DNA from: Clostridia bacterium
Lineage (GTDB): Bacteria > Bacillota > Clostridia > Christensenellales > Borkfalkiaceae
Assembly: GCA_900766495.1 (NCBI GenBank)
Contig: CAAFVM010000012.1
Coordinates: 9,407 to 73,406, forward strand
Length of the DNA: 64,000 nucleotides
Direction: 5' to 3'
In this document: positions 27,380 to 35,504 of the stretch, one piece after another
Layout: every line of letters begins with the position of its first letter
Position numbering within the stretch: position 1 is the first letter of the stretch
The notes under the pieces: model-generated
Databases searched by the model: none
Seen by the model: the letters and a program-made list of their open reading frames with translations, nothing else
Told to the model about the DNA's origin: nothing
Made by a program: the position numbers and the translations under genes

Positions 27380-27960
27380 TTCACGGCGTTCGGAATGACG
27401 GTGTAGAGGTATACCAACCGAACGGTACGTTTCCACGAGATTCCTCGGCTTCGCTCGGAATGACAGACGGGGGCTTACCCCTTGCGGAGGAATACTTAAA
27501 CACCCGTACAAACTTGCCACGGGGAAGAAGAAAGGTTTCGTTTCCACGAGATTCCTCGGCTTCGCTCGAAATGACAGGAAGTAGTGGAAAAACGTTTCAT
27601 TCGGAATGACAAGGTGTGTCGTAAAAAAACGCGCCACTCAAAATAATAGAGAGTATTAAAAACGCCGGAGCGGCGTTACATGCAATAACAAAAGCGGGCG
27701 ACCGCTGGTCGCCCCTACAAACAGAAAACGAGTCATTAAACAAAATACTAAATGCTCGCATAAATTTTCCGATGGTAATAAAAGAACAGAAAACTAACGT
27801 ATAGGTTGATTAACGATACAAAACAAAAAAGTTTTCTGTCATGTTGAGCTTGTCGAAACATCCAGGCGAAGCCGCACGCTTGACGACGGCGATACCTAAT
27901 CCTCGCGGAGGAAAACTTCAACGCCCGTAAAACTTTGGCGCGGGGAATTAGAAAGATGTG
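27380..27960. repeat. Mosaic intergenic repeat cluster, locus 1
   Basis: A-units CGTTTCCACGAGATTCCTCGGCTTCGCTCG(G/A)AATGACAG at 27428-27466 and 27539-27577. B-units at 27477-27535 and 27897-27955. An inverted C-unit CTGTCATGTTGAGCTTGTCGAAACATC at 27836-27872. 3' half-units (TCGGAATGAC) at 27386-27401 and 27595-27613. GC hairpins at 27661-27677 and 27696-27714. Confidence 0.85.
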
Positions 27961-27978
27961 CGGGGAAGAAGAAAAAAG

Positions 27979-28004
27979 AAAAGCGACCTGAAAAGGTCGC
28001 TTTT
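27979..28004. terminator. Bidirectional intrinsic terminator downstream of potD
   Basis: AAAAGCGACC-tgaaaa-GGTCGCTTTT. Confidence 0.75.
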
Positions 28005-28080
28005 AGTTTACAAGAATTTATCTTCTTTTAGTTTATAAAAATTTATATTCTTTTAAAAAATTAAAATCTTATTTTTTTCG

Positions 28081-29769
28081 TTAAATTCTTATTTCTTCCG
28101 AAGAAACAAGAGTATAACCTTTCTTGCCGTGACGGTCGAACCAGCCTTTGTCTATTGCCAGATAAACGAGCAGTGCGATTATAAATACGCCGAGAACGAT
28201 GCCCACGGCAAGCAGCATAAAGTCGCTGTTTCCTTCTTTGGCTTCCGCCCACATAACGTTGAGCCGTTCGAGATCGGAGTTGTTCATAAATCCCATAACC
28301 GTGCAACGAATAACCGTGTCGTAGTCGGGGTATTGCGCCGAGAACTGCCGTCCGAGCGTATCGGTATAAACTATTGCGGGTTCGCCGTTTTCAAGGTGGA
28401 ACAAATAGCTTAAATCTACCTTATAAACATCCACGCGCTCGCCGTCCTCGCTTTCGTAATAATAAACCTCTTCGCCGTCTACTATTTCGGTTTTAAGATC
28501 TACGTCGACAAGTTCTGTTTCTTCGTCTTCGGTTTCAACGTAGGTCCGGTAAACTTTTTCGCCTGCTTCGTTTGTGGTTTCGCGGATAAGTCCGTAAGTT
28601 TCCACAGCGTAATCAAGCACTTCGTCGGTTGCAATCGAAGTGGTATAACCTATGAAGTCCATATTTTGAACGGCGTTTGAAGGCGTTTGCAGAAAATCGA
28701 TAAACGCCTGCGCAAGTTCTACGTCGGCGCCCTTGGGCATAACCCAACCGTCGAAGAATATGTTGCTGCCTTCAACCGGAACGCTGTAATTGAGCTCTGC
28801 CGTGTTGTTTCCCACCTCTTCGGGGTCTTCGGCAAAATCCATAGCGTAAACCGCGTCGCCGCTCCATGCGAAGTTTATCCATATTTTACCTGCAGCCATA
28901 TCTTTTTTACCGCTGTCGACTTCATAACCGAAAAGTAAATCTTTAAGGTTTTTAAGGTCTTTGCCGGTTATTTCGAGCGCCTCTGGCGTAACCCGGTTGA
29001 ATACTTCGGTGAGCAGGGCATTGTATGCTGCCGAATTACCTTTAAGGTCTCCGTTTTTAAAGCGTTCGGCATAACCCAGAAGTTCTTCGGAGTAAGCGTT
29101 TCCGAGTGCTAAAATATAGCTGTCGCGCACGCTGTCTTTTATGGTGCTTTTGTTTTTGTATTTCTCGTTCCACACAACCGACCAGTGTTCCGCGTCGCTT
29201 TCGGGAACGTATTCGGGGTTATAAACGTAGCCCATGGTTCCCCACATATAACAGCAGGCGTAATCGTAAACGCTTTCGGTTGCTTCGGGAGAAAGTTTAA
29301 GTGTTTTGAAAAGCGATGAAATATACGGTGAAACGCTTGCGTCGTAAATTCCTACGCCTGTGTTTCCGCTTATTTTGCTTTGTTTTGTGCGGTCGAGTTT
29401 TTCAAGCATTCCCTCGTTCATCATTTTTAAAATCATATATTCCGAGGGGCAGACCAGATCGTAGTTGGGGTTCATTTTAAGCTCGGTATACATATTCTCG
29501 CAAGTGCCTTGCGTGGAATATTCGACCGTAACGCGTTCGCCTGTTTTTTCATAGTAATAATCTTCGAAATCGCGAATCATTTTGGGCTTGGGGTCGGAGT
29601 TTTCGCTGCTGTCGTAAATGTAATCTTCCCAGCTCATAACGTGCAAAACTCTGCCGCTTGCCGCCTGCGCCTTTTTCTGCGGAACAGGGGCGTAAGCTAT
29701 CCCCGTAACGAGCAAGGCCGCCAACGCCGCGGGCGCGAATTTAAACTTTGCGTTTTTGTTGTTTTTCAT
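28081..29769 (-). CDS. potD: Spermidine/putrescine ABC transporter substrate-binding protein, extended form with a C-terminal TM anchor
   Basis: Last gene of the potABCD-ordered operon. Signal peptide without a lipobox Cys. PotD-like body, an acidic insertion, and the C-terminal helix LLAVGIVLGVFIIALLVYLAI. Confidence 0.75.
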   Translation of the reverse strand: MKNNKNAKFKFAPAALAALLVTGIAYAPVPQKKAQAASGRVLHVMSWEDYIYDSSENSDPKPKMIRDFEDYYYEKTGERVTVEYSTQGTCENMYTELKMNPNYDLVCPSEYMILKMMNEGMLEKLDRTKQSKISGNTGVGIYDASVSPYISSLFKTLKLSPEATESVYDYACCYMWGTMGYVYNPEYVPESDAEHWSVVWNEKYKNKSTIKDSVRDSYILALGNAYSEELLGYAERFKNGDLKGNSAAYNALLTEVFNRVTPEALEITGKDLKNLKDLLFGYEVDSGKKDMAAGKIWINFAWSGDAVYAMDFAEDPEEVGNNTAELNYSVPVEGSNIFFDGWVMPKGADVELAQAFIDFLQTPSNAVQNMDFIGYTTSIATDEVLDYAVETYGLIRETTNEAGEKVYRTYVETEDEETELVDVDLKTEIVDGEEVYYYESEDGERVDVYKVDLSYLFHLENGEPAIVYTDTLGRQFSAQYPDYDTVIRCTVMGFMNNSDLERLNVMWAEAKEGNSDFMLLAVGIVLGVFIIALLVYLAIDKGWFDRHGKKGYTLVSSEEIRI

Positions 29770-29779
29770 TTGCGTTTCC

Positions 29780-30577
29780 TTATTTTAAGCGTTTAGCCTT
29801 TTTGTTGGCGCGCACGTTCATAACTACGACTACGGTTATGATTACCACGAAAATAATGGTGGAAAGGGCGCGCAGGGCGGGAACCGAAGTGTTTGCGCCG
29901 CCTTTGGCGTATGCGTTATACGTGTAAGTGGAAATGGTATCGAGCGTGGTGGGTTTGGTGAAAGTGGTTATAATGTAATCGTCGAGCGACATTGTAACCG
30001 CCAGTAAAAAGCCCGAGAAAATACCCGGCATGATTTCGGGAATTATTATAGAAAACAACGCTTTCGTCGGGCTTGCGCCGAGGTCTAACCCCGCTTCGTA
30101 AAGGTTGGGGTTAAGCTGTTTGAGCTTGGGCAGAACGTTTAAGAAAACGAACGGGAAGCCGAGCGCTACGTGGGAAATTATAAGTGAAGCCCACGTGCGT
30201 GGAAATCCGAGCATCGAAAATACCAGAGCGAGCGAAAGCCCGGTAACTATTTCCGCGTTTATAACGTTAATCTGCGTTGCTCCGTTAAGGGTTTTCTGCA
30301 CTCGGCGTTTGGAATAAAAGCAACCTATCGCGCCCATCGTGCCTAAAATAGTGGAAATAATAGCAGACGAAAATGCGAGAATAAAAGTGTTCGCTACTGC
30401 CGTTAAAATCTTTTTATTCGAAAACAGCATTTTATAAAGGCTGAAATTCCATTCGTCCGACCAGTAGCCTATTTCTTTTGATGCGTTGAACGAATATATG
30501 ACCAAAAGAATGATGGGGGCGTATAAAAAGGCTAAAACCAAATATACGTAACCGCGTTGAAAGAATTTTTTTACCAT
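29780..30577 (-). CDS. potC: Spermidine/putrescine ABC transporter permease
   Basis: Six-TM MetI-like permease with an EAA-type loop (YEAGLDLGASPTKALFSIIIP). Confidence 0.85.
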   Translation of the reverse strand: MVKKFFQRGYVYLVLAFLYAPIILLVIYSFNASKEIGYWSDEWNFSLYKMLFSNKKILTAVANTFILAFSSAIISTILGTMGAIGCFYSKRRVQKTLNGATQINVINAEIVTGLSLALVFSMLGFPRTWASLIISHVALGFPFVFLNVLPKLKQLNPNLYEAGLDLGASPTKALFSIIIPEIMPGIFSGFLLAVTMSLDDYIITTFTKPTTLDTISTYTYNAYAKGGANTSVPALRALSTIIFVVIITVVVVMNVRANKKAKRLK

Positions 30578-31386
30578 AATCCCGACCCCCTTGCAGAATT
30601 GTCGTTTTCGGTGAATTTACCGCTTATAAGCATAGTTGCGAATATGAACACCAAAAGAATTAAAGCTATCGCCGAGCCTGCGTTCCAGCTGCCCGCCTCG
30701 CCCGAGTTAAATCTGTTTTCAATAAGTTTGCCTATTATGGTAACTTTCGAGTTGCCCAAAGTGTCTGAAATAACGTAGCTGGTGGTGGTGGGCAAAAATA
30801 CCATTGTAATTGCGCTTACCACGCCGGGCATAGAAAGTGGCAGGGTGGTTTTTAGAAAAGTGGTTGCGGGGCGCGCGCCCAAATCGTAGGAAGCTTCTTT
30901 TACGCTTTTATCCATTTTCAGCAAAACCGTGTAAAGTGGAAGTATGGTTACCGGCAGATAGTCGTAAACCATACCGATCAAAGTATTAACATAACTTAAA
31001 TCGCCGCTTTTGTAAAAACCCAAAAGATATAAAAGCTCTTTCATTGCGGCGGTTCTTAAAACGAAGTTTATCCACATGGGCAGAATAAACAACAAAAGCA
31101 TAACGCCGTTTTTGTTAAGAGAACTGTTGGCTAAAATATACGCCGCGGGGTAAGCTAAAAGCAGGCAGATCGTAGTGGTTAAAAACGCCAGACCGAGGCT
31201 TCTTAAAAGCACGCGGATATTCGTAGCGCTTTTGAAAAAGCTTGCGAAGTTTGCAAAAGTGAACGCGCCGTTCGCGTCGGTAAAAGCGTAAAAAATTATA
31301 AGCAGCAGGGGAAACACCACAAACATCGCAAGAAACAACGCATAGGGGATTCCCAGATGTTTTCTTGAAAATTTAATAGCCGTCAT
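30571..31386 (-). CDS. potB: Spermidine/putrescine ABC transporter permease
   Basis: MetI-like permease with EAA loop EASYDLGARPATTFLKTTLP. Overlaps both neighbouring genes. Confidence 0.85.
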   Translation of the reverse strand: MTAIKFSRKHLGIPYALFLAMFVVFPLLLIIFYAFTDANGAFTFANFASFFKSATNIRVLLRSLGLAFLTTTICLLLAYPAAYILANSSLNKNGVMLLLFILPMWINFVLRTAAMKELLYLLGFYKSGDLSYVNTLIGMVYDYLPVTILPLYTVLLKMDKSVKEASYDLGARPATTFLKTTLPLSMPGVVSAITMVFLPTTTSYVISDTLGNSKVTIIGKLIENRFNSGEAGSWNAGSAIALILLVFIFATMLISGKFTENDNSARGSGLW

Positions 31387-32882
31387 TTTTCTTCCGCAAC
31401 CTTTAAGGTAAGTTTGATTTTTTCTGACGGAATTTTAACGCTTACCTTGTCGTTTTCGTTCCATGCGTCTTCGGTATCTATAACGAAATCTTCTTCGTCT
31501 TCGGGCGTGCGGACAATAATCTGATAGTGGTCGCCTTTGTAAATAATGGAAACGATTTGTCCGTGCGAATCGCCGTCGGTTTCGTTATCGATAATTTCAA
31601 TGTCTTTAAGCCCGACTTCTACTTTTACGGCAACGCCGGTAAGGTCGATTTTTTCGCCTTTCTGGGTGATGAGGTAACCCTCTTCGTCAAGCGAAGAACC
31701 GGGGTAAAGCTGCGTTACGTCGCACCGGAACTCGCCCTCGGCAAATTCCACGGTGTTACGTTTGGTAATAACTCCGTCGTATACGTTCGAGGTGAATTCT
31801 TTTTTCATTATATGTATGTCGTCGGGCTTGATAATAACGCTTGCGCGGGTGCCGGCTTTTCTTTCTACGGTGTCCTGAATGACTATCTCGTTATTGCCGA
31901 TCGCCATAGCCATTTCGTAATGCACGCCTTTGAAAATGCTGGAAGTTATAACGCCATCTACCTGACCCAAGCCCTCATCCACGAGATATACGTCTTCAGG
32001 GCGGACTACGACGTCCACCTTTTCGTTTATAGCGAAATCGTCTACCATATCGAACGTGCGGTTTAAGAAACGCACCTTTCTGTCGCCTACAATCGTGCCG
32101 GAGAAAATGTTGCTGTCGCCTATAAAGTCGGCAACGAACGCGCTCTTGGGTTCGTTGTAAATGTCGGTGGGGGTGCCTATCTGCTGAATAATACCGTCGT
32201 TCATAACCACTATGGTGTCGCTCATGGTAAGCGCTTCTTCCTGGTCGTGCGTTACGTAAATAAAGGTAATGCCCAGTTTTTTGTGCATTTCTTTAAGCTC
32301 TAACTGCATGTCCTTGCGCATTTTAAGGTCGAGTGCGCCGAGCGGTTCGTCAAGAAGAAGAATTTCAGGCTCGTTTACTATTGCGCGGGCAATTGCGATA
32401 CGTTGTTGCTGTCCGCCCGAAAGGGTGGTTACGTCGCGTTTTTCAAAACCCTCGAGGTCAACCATGCGCAAAGCGCGTTTAACCTTTTCGGCAATGGTCT
32501 GCTTTGTAAGTTTTTCAACACGAGTGAACGTTTTGCCGTCGGCGTTGGTATAGGTGTTTTTAACTTTTTTAAGTTTTAAGCCGTAGGCGATGTTGTCGAA
32601 TACGTTAAGGTGCGGGAAAAGCGCATAACGCTGAAACACCGTGTTGATGGGGCGCTCGTAGGGGGGTAGCGTGGTAATATCTTTACCGTTTAAAAGAATT
32701 TTGCCTTTATCGGGTATTTCGAAACCGGCTATCATTCTTAATGTAGTGGTTTTTCCGCAACCCGACGGACCCAGTAGCGTTACGAATTCGCCTTTACGCA
32801 CGTAAAGGTTTTCGTCGTCGACGACGGTCGTGCCGTCGTAAATTTTGCTTACGCCGATAAGTTCGATTATCTTTTCAGCCAT
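31383..32882 (-). CDS. potA: Spermidine/putrescine ABC transporter ATP-binding protein, with an NBD insertion and a long C-terminal extension
   Basis: GPSGCGKTT, LSGGQQQRIAIARA and LLLDEP. At 499 aa it is longer than the roughly 370-385 aa I recall for PotA. Confidence 0.85.
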   Translation of the reverse strand: MAEKIIELIGVSKIYDGTTVVDDENLYVRKGEFVTLLGPSGCGKTTTLRMIAGFEIPDKGKILLNGKDITTLPPYERPINTVFQRYALFPHLNVFDNIAYGLKLKKVKNTYTNADGKTFTRVEKLTKQTIAEKVKRALRMVDLEGFEKRDVTTLSGGQQQRIAIARAIVNEPEILLLDEPLGALDLKMRKDMQLELKEMHKKLGITFIYVTHDQEEALTMSDTIVVMNDGIIQQIGTPTDIYNEPKSAFVADFIGDSNIFSGTIVGDRKVRFLNRTFDMVDDFAINEKVDVVVRPEDVYLVDEGLGQVDGVITSSIFKGVHYEMAMAIGNNEIVIQDTVERKAGTRASVIIKPDDIHIMKKEFTSNVYDGVITKRNTVEFAEGEFRCDVTQLYPGSSLDEEGYLITQKGEKIDLTGVAVKVEVGLKDIEIIDNETDGDSHGQIVSIIYKGDHYQIIVRTPEDEEDFVIDTEDAWNENDKVSVKIPSEKIKLTLKVAEEK

Positions 32883-32971
32883 TTTTTTCTCCTGTTTTTT
32901 TCGCTTTTCGCGCTTAAAAATTTTTTGTAAATTTTTATTTTTTTATATCTTATAATTTTATATCTTATTAA

Positions 32972-33505
32972 TTAAAAAGTGGGCGGGGTGGAAACCCAAA
33001 TAAATTCGGCGGGTTGTTTTTTAGTGTTTATTATATAGTGCATTTTGTCGGCTTTATAATAAAAACTGTCGCCTTTTTTGCATACGTATTTTTTCATTCC
33101 GAGGTGAATGAGTATTTCGCCATCCAGTACGTATCCGAATTCTTCGCCTTCGTGCGGAACGTCTTCCGAAGTGCTGCCGTTGGGCATAAGCTTTATGCGA
33201 ATGGGTTCCATCATATTTTTTTGGGCGTTGGGTATAAGCCAGTTGGTAACCGTTTCGCCGTCGTCCTTTTCAATAAAATCCTCTTCTTTGTAAACCACCC
33301 GCTCTTCTTCTTCTTCCGAAAAGAAATCTTTCAGCGACGAGCCGAGCGCGGAAAGTATGTCTACAAGCGTGGCTATCGACGGGCTGGTAAGGTCGTTTTC
33401 AAGCTGCGAAATGTAGCCTTTGCTCAATTCGCACCTGTCGGCAAGTTCTTCTTGCGTCAAATCGCACGCGAGGCGCATCTGTTTTATTTTGTTGCCTAAT
33501 TCCAT
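32972..33505 (-). CDS. XRE-family HTH plus cupin transcriptional regulator (PuuR-like)
   Basis: N-terminal HTH LTQEELADRCELSKGYISQLEN and a C-terminal cupin barrel (HEGEEFGYVLDGEI). First gene upstream of potABCD. Confidence 0.8.
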   Translation of the reverse strand: MELGNKIKQMRLACDLTQEELADRCELSKGYISQLENDLTSPSIATLVDILSALGSSLKDFFSEEEEERVVYKEEDFIEKDDGETVTNWLIPNAQKNMMEPIRIKLMPNGSTSEDVPHEGEEFGYVLDGEILIHLGMKKYVCKKGDSFYYKADKMHYIINTKKQPAEFIWVSTPPTF

Positions 33506-33607
33506 ATTTACCCCTTTTGGCGTTCTTTCGTTATTTTTCGCGTTATTTTTCGCCTTTTTTCATAAAAACGTGATTTTTTATGGAAATTTATATCTTTGCG
33601 AACATAC

Positions 33608-33663
33608 TAAACAAAAAGTTTAGCAAATCTAATCCGATTAAACAAAAAGTTTAACAAATCTAA
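33608..33663. promoter_or_regulatory. Two tandem copies of a 25-nt element, each containing the palindrome TAAAC-N5-GTTTA; probable operators
   Basis: TAAACAAAAAGTTTAGCAAATCTAA at 33608-33632 and TAAACAAAAAGTTTAACAAATCTAA at 33639-33663, a 31-nt period. They lie about 100-160 nt upstream of the regulator/pot operon start on the minus strand. Confidence 0.5.
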
Positions 33664-33794
33664 ACAACGAGAATGATTATATATAAATCGCATAGCGGTG
33701 TCAAATATTTGAAAGCCGTAAATAAAAATAGTATAAAAAATTTTTTACCGTTTTGTTACCAAAGGATTTTTAAGCGTTTTCGACGTGTTTTTGC

Positions 33795-33823
33795 TTGCTA
33801 TTTTCGCGTTAAAAGGGTATAAT
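33795..33823 (+). promoter_or_regulatory. sigma-A type promoter of the S-component/coaX operon
   Basis: TTGCTA at 33795-33800, a 17-nt spacer, then TATAAT at 33818-33823. Confidence 0.6.
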
Positions 33824-34049
33824 TTTTTTATAACCTGCGGTTTTATGCGCGTTACCGTTTTTTATGCGGGCTTACGGGAAACGCGGGTACGGTTTTTGCC
33901 GACCCGACGGAATGATTTTTCGCGGGCGTTTAATTCTTTTTATATTTATGAATGAAACGCCTAAAAAGCTTTTTGTTTAAAAACGGAGTTATGCGTTTAA
34001 AATAAAATAACGGCTATTCTTTGTAAAGCCGATTAAGAGGTGTTTTTTT

Positions 34050-34607
34050 ATGTCAAAATCAAGAACTGTCGCGTTTTACGGCGTAACCGCCGCGCTCGTG
34101 TTCGTGCTGCTGTTTCTGGAAACTTACGTTTTTCAGATAATCCCGCTGTTTAATTTCGCTCCCCCCGCGATATTCACTTTGCCGTTCGCGTTCGCACTTT
34201 CAATGTTCCGCGGCAAAAAGAGTATGTTTTTCGGCGGGACCTGCGTGGGCGTATGCTCGTTTATAATCGCGCTTATACTGGGGAATCCAATATTTATAAA
34301 CCCCATAATTTCGGTTCTTCCGCGCGTGCTTTGCGGGCTTATCGCAACAGGTTTTTATATGCTTATTAAAAAACTTTGCGGCGAGAAAAAGTTCGGTACC
34401 GCGCTCGCGTCTGCGGTGGGCGGGGCGCTCGGCGTTTTAATGAATACGGTTTTAGTGCTGTTTACTATGTTTTTGTTTCAGGCAAGCACGCTGGAAGCCA
34501 TATACGCCACGCTTATTTCTATAAACTTCGTTTGCGAATTCGTTGGGGCAATACTTCTTGCGCCGCTTTTCGTAACCCTTTTGCAAAAATACGCAAAACT
34601 CGATTAA
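34050..34607 (+). CDS. ECF-transporter S-component-like membrane protein (pantothenate-specific PanT inferred from context only)
   Basis: 185 aa with about 6 TM segments, a size and topology typical of ECF S components. Directly upstream of coaX. Confidence 0.5.
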   Translation: MSKSRTVAFYGVTAALVFVLLFLETYVFQIIPLFNFAPPAIFTLPFAFALSMFRGKKSMFFGGTCVGVCSFIIALILGNPIFINPIISVLPRVLCGLIATGFYMLIKKLCGEKKFGTALASAVGGALGVLMNTVLVLFTMFLFQASTLEAIYATLISINFVCEFVGAILLAPLFVTLLQKYAKLD

Positions 34608-34682
34608 AAAAGTTTTCGCTTTTTATCGGCGAAACTTTTGCGCGCGGGATATGCGCGCGAATAATAATAAGGATAAATATTT

Positions 34683-35453
34683 ATGATACTCTGCATAGAT
34701 ATAGGAAATACGAACATCAAGTTCGCCATATTCGAGGGCGACAGGCTTGACGCCTCGTTCCGCGTAGCTTCGAAACGCAGTTCCACCGCCGACGAATACG
34801 GCGTTCTGGTGCGAGATTTGTTTTTTGCCGCGGGAAAGGACAGCGGCAAGTTAGAGGGCATAATAATGTCTTCGGTAATTCCGCAGCTCAACTACACAAT
34901 GGAGCATATGTGCGAACAATATTTCGGAATAAAGCCGTTAACCGTGGAAGCGGGGCTTAAAACCGGAATAAACGTAAAGGTAGACAGCCCCAAGGAAGTA
35001 GGAGCCGACAGAATAGTAAACAGCGTTGCCGCGTTTAAAAAATACGGCGGCAAAAAGCCTGTTATTTGCATAGATTTCGGCACGGCTACCACTATAAACG
35101 TAATAACCGAAAAAGGCGAGCTTATAGGCGGCGTAATAGCTCCGGGAATAAAGACCTCGCTCGATTCTTTGGTTAACGGCACCGCAAAACTGCCGAATAT
35201 AGAACTCGAACTGCCGGGCAGCGTTATATGTAAAGACACTGTGACTAATATGCAGGCGGGGTTATTATACGGCTTTGCGGGGCTTGTGGAATATCTTGTT
35301 GCAAAAACCAAAAAAGAACTCGGGCGCGAGGCCGTGGTTGTGGCTACCGGCGGATTAGGCTCGGTTATAGCCGAAGAGGCGAAATGCATAGAATATACCG
35401 ACAGAACGCTTACCCTCGAGGGGCTTAAAATTTTATATAATTTAAACAGATGA
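34683..35453 (+). CDS. coaX: Type III pantothenate kinase
   Basis: ILCIDIGNTNIKFAIF, GADRIVN and IDFGTATT motifs. Confidence 0.92.
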   Translation: MILCIDIGNTNIKFAIFEGDRLDASFRVASKRSSTADEYGVLVRDLFFAAGKDSGKLEGIIMSSVIPQLNYTMEHMCEQYFGIKPLTVEAGLKTGINVKVDSPKEVGADRIVNSVAAFKKYGGKKPVICIDFGTATTINVITEKGELIGGVIAPGIKTSLDSLVNGTAKLPNIELELPGSVICKDTVTNMQAGLLYGFAGLVEYLVAKTKKELGREAVVVATGGLGSVIAEEAKCIEYTDRTLTLEGLKILYNLNR

Positions 35454-35504
35454 GCTTTAACGTAAGCCGAAGAATAAGCGTAAAACAAGGTAATTAAGCC
35501 GAAA

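Noticed and set aside
27335-27637. 100-aa ORF on the minus strand, containing the peptide SFRAKPRNLVET twice.
   Set aside because: It is a read-through of the tandem A-unit repeats, which is why the peptide repeats. It has no RBS and lies in a convergent intergenic region, so it is a repeat artefact.
27380-27960. Whether the repeated modules could be a CRISPR array.
   Set aside because: The units are heterogeneous in sequence and length, occur in both orientations, are not separated by uniform-length unique spacers, and no cas genes are present.
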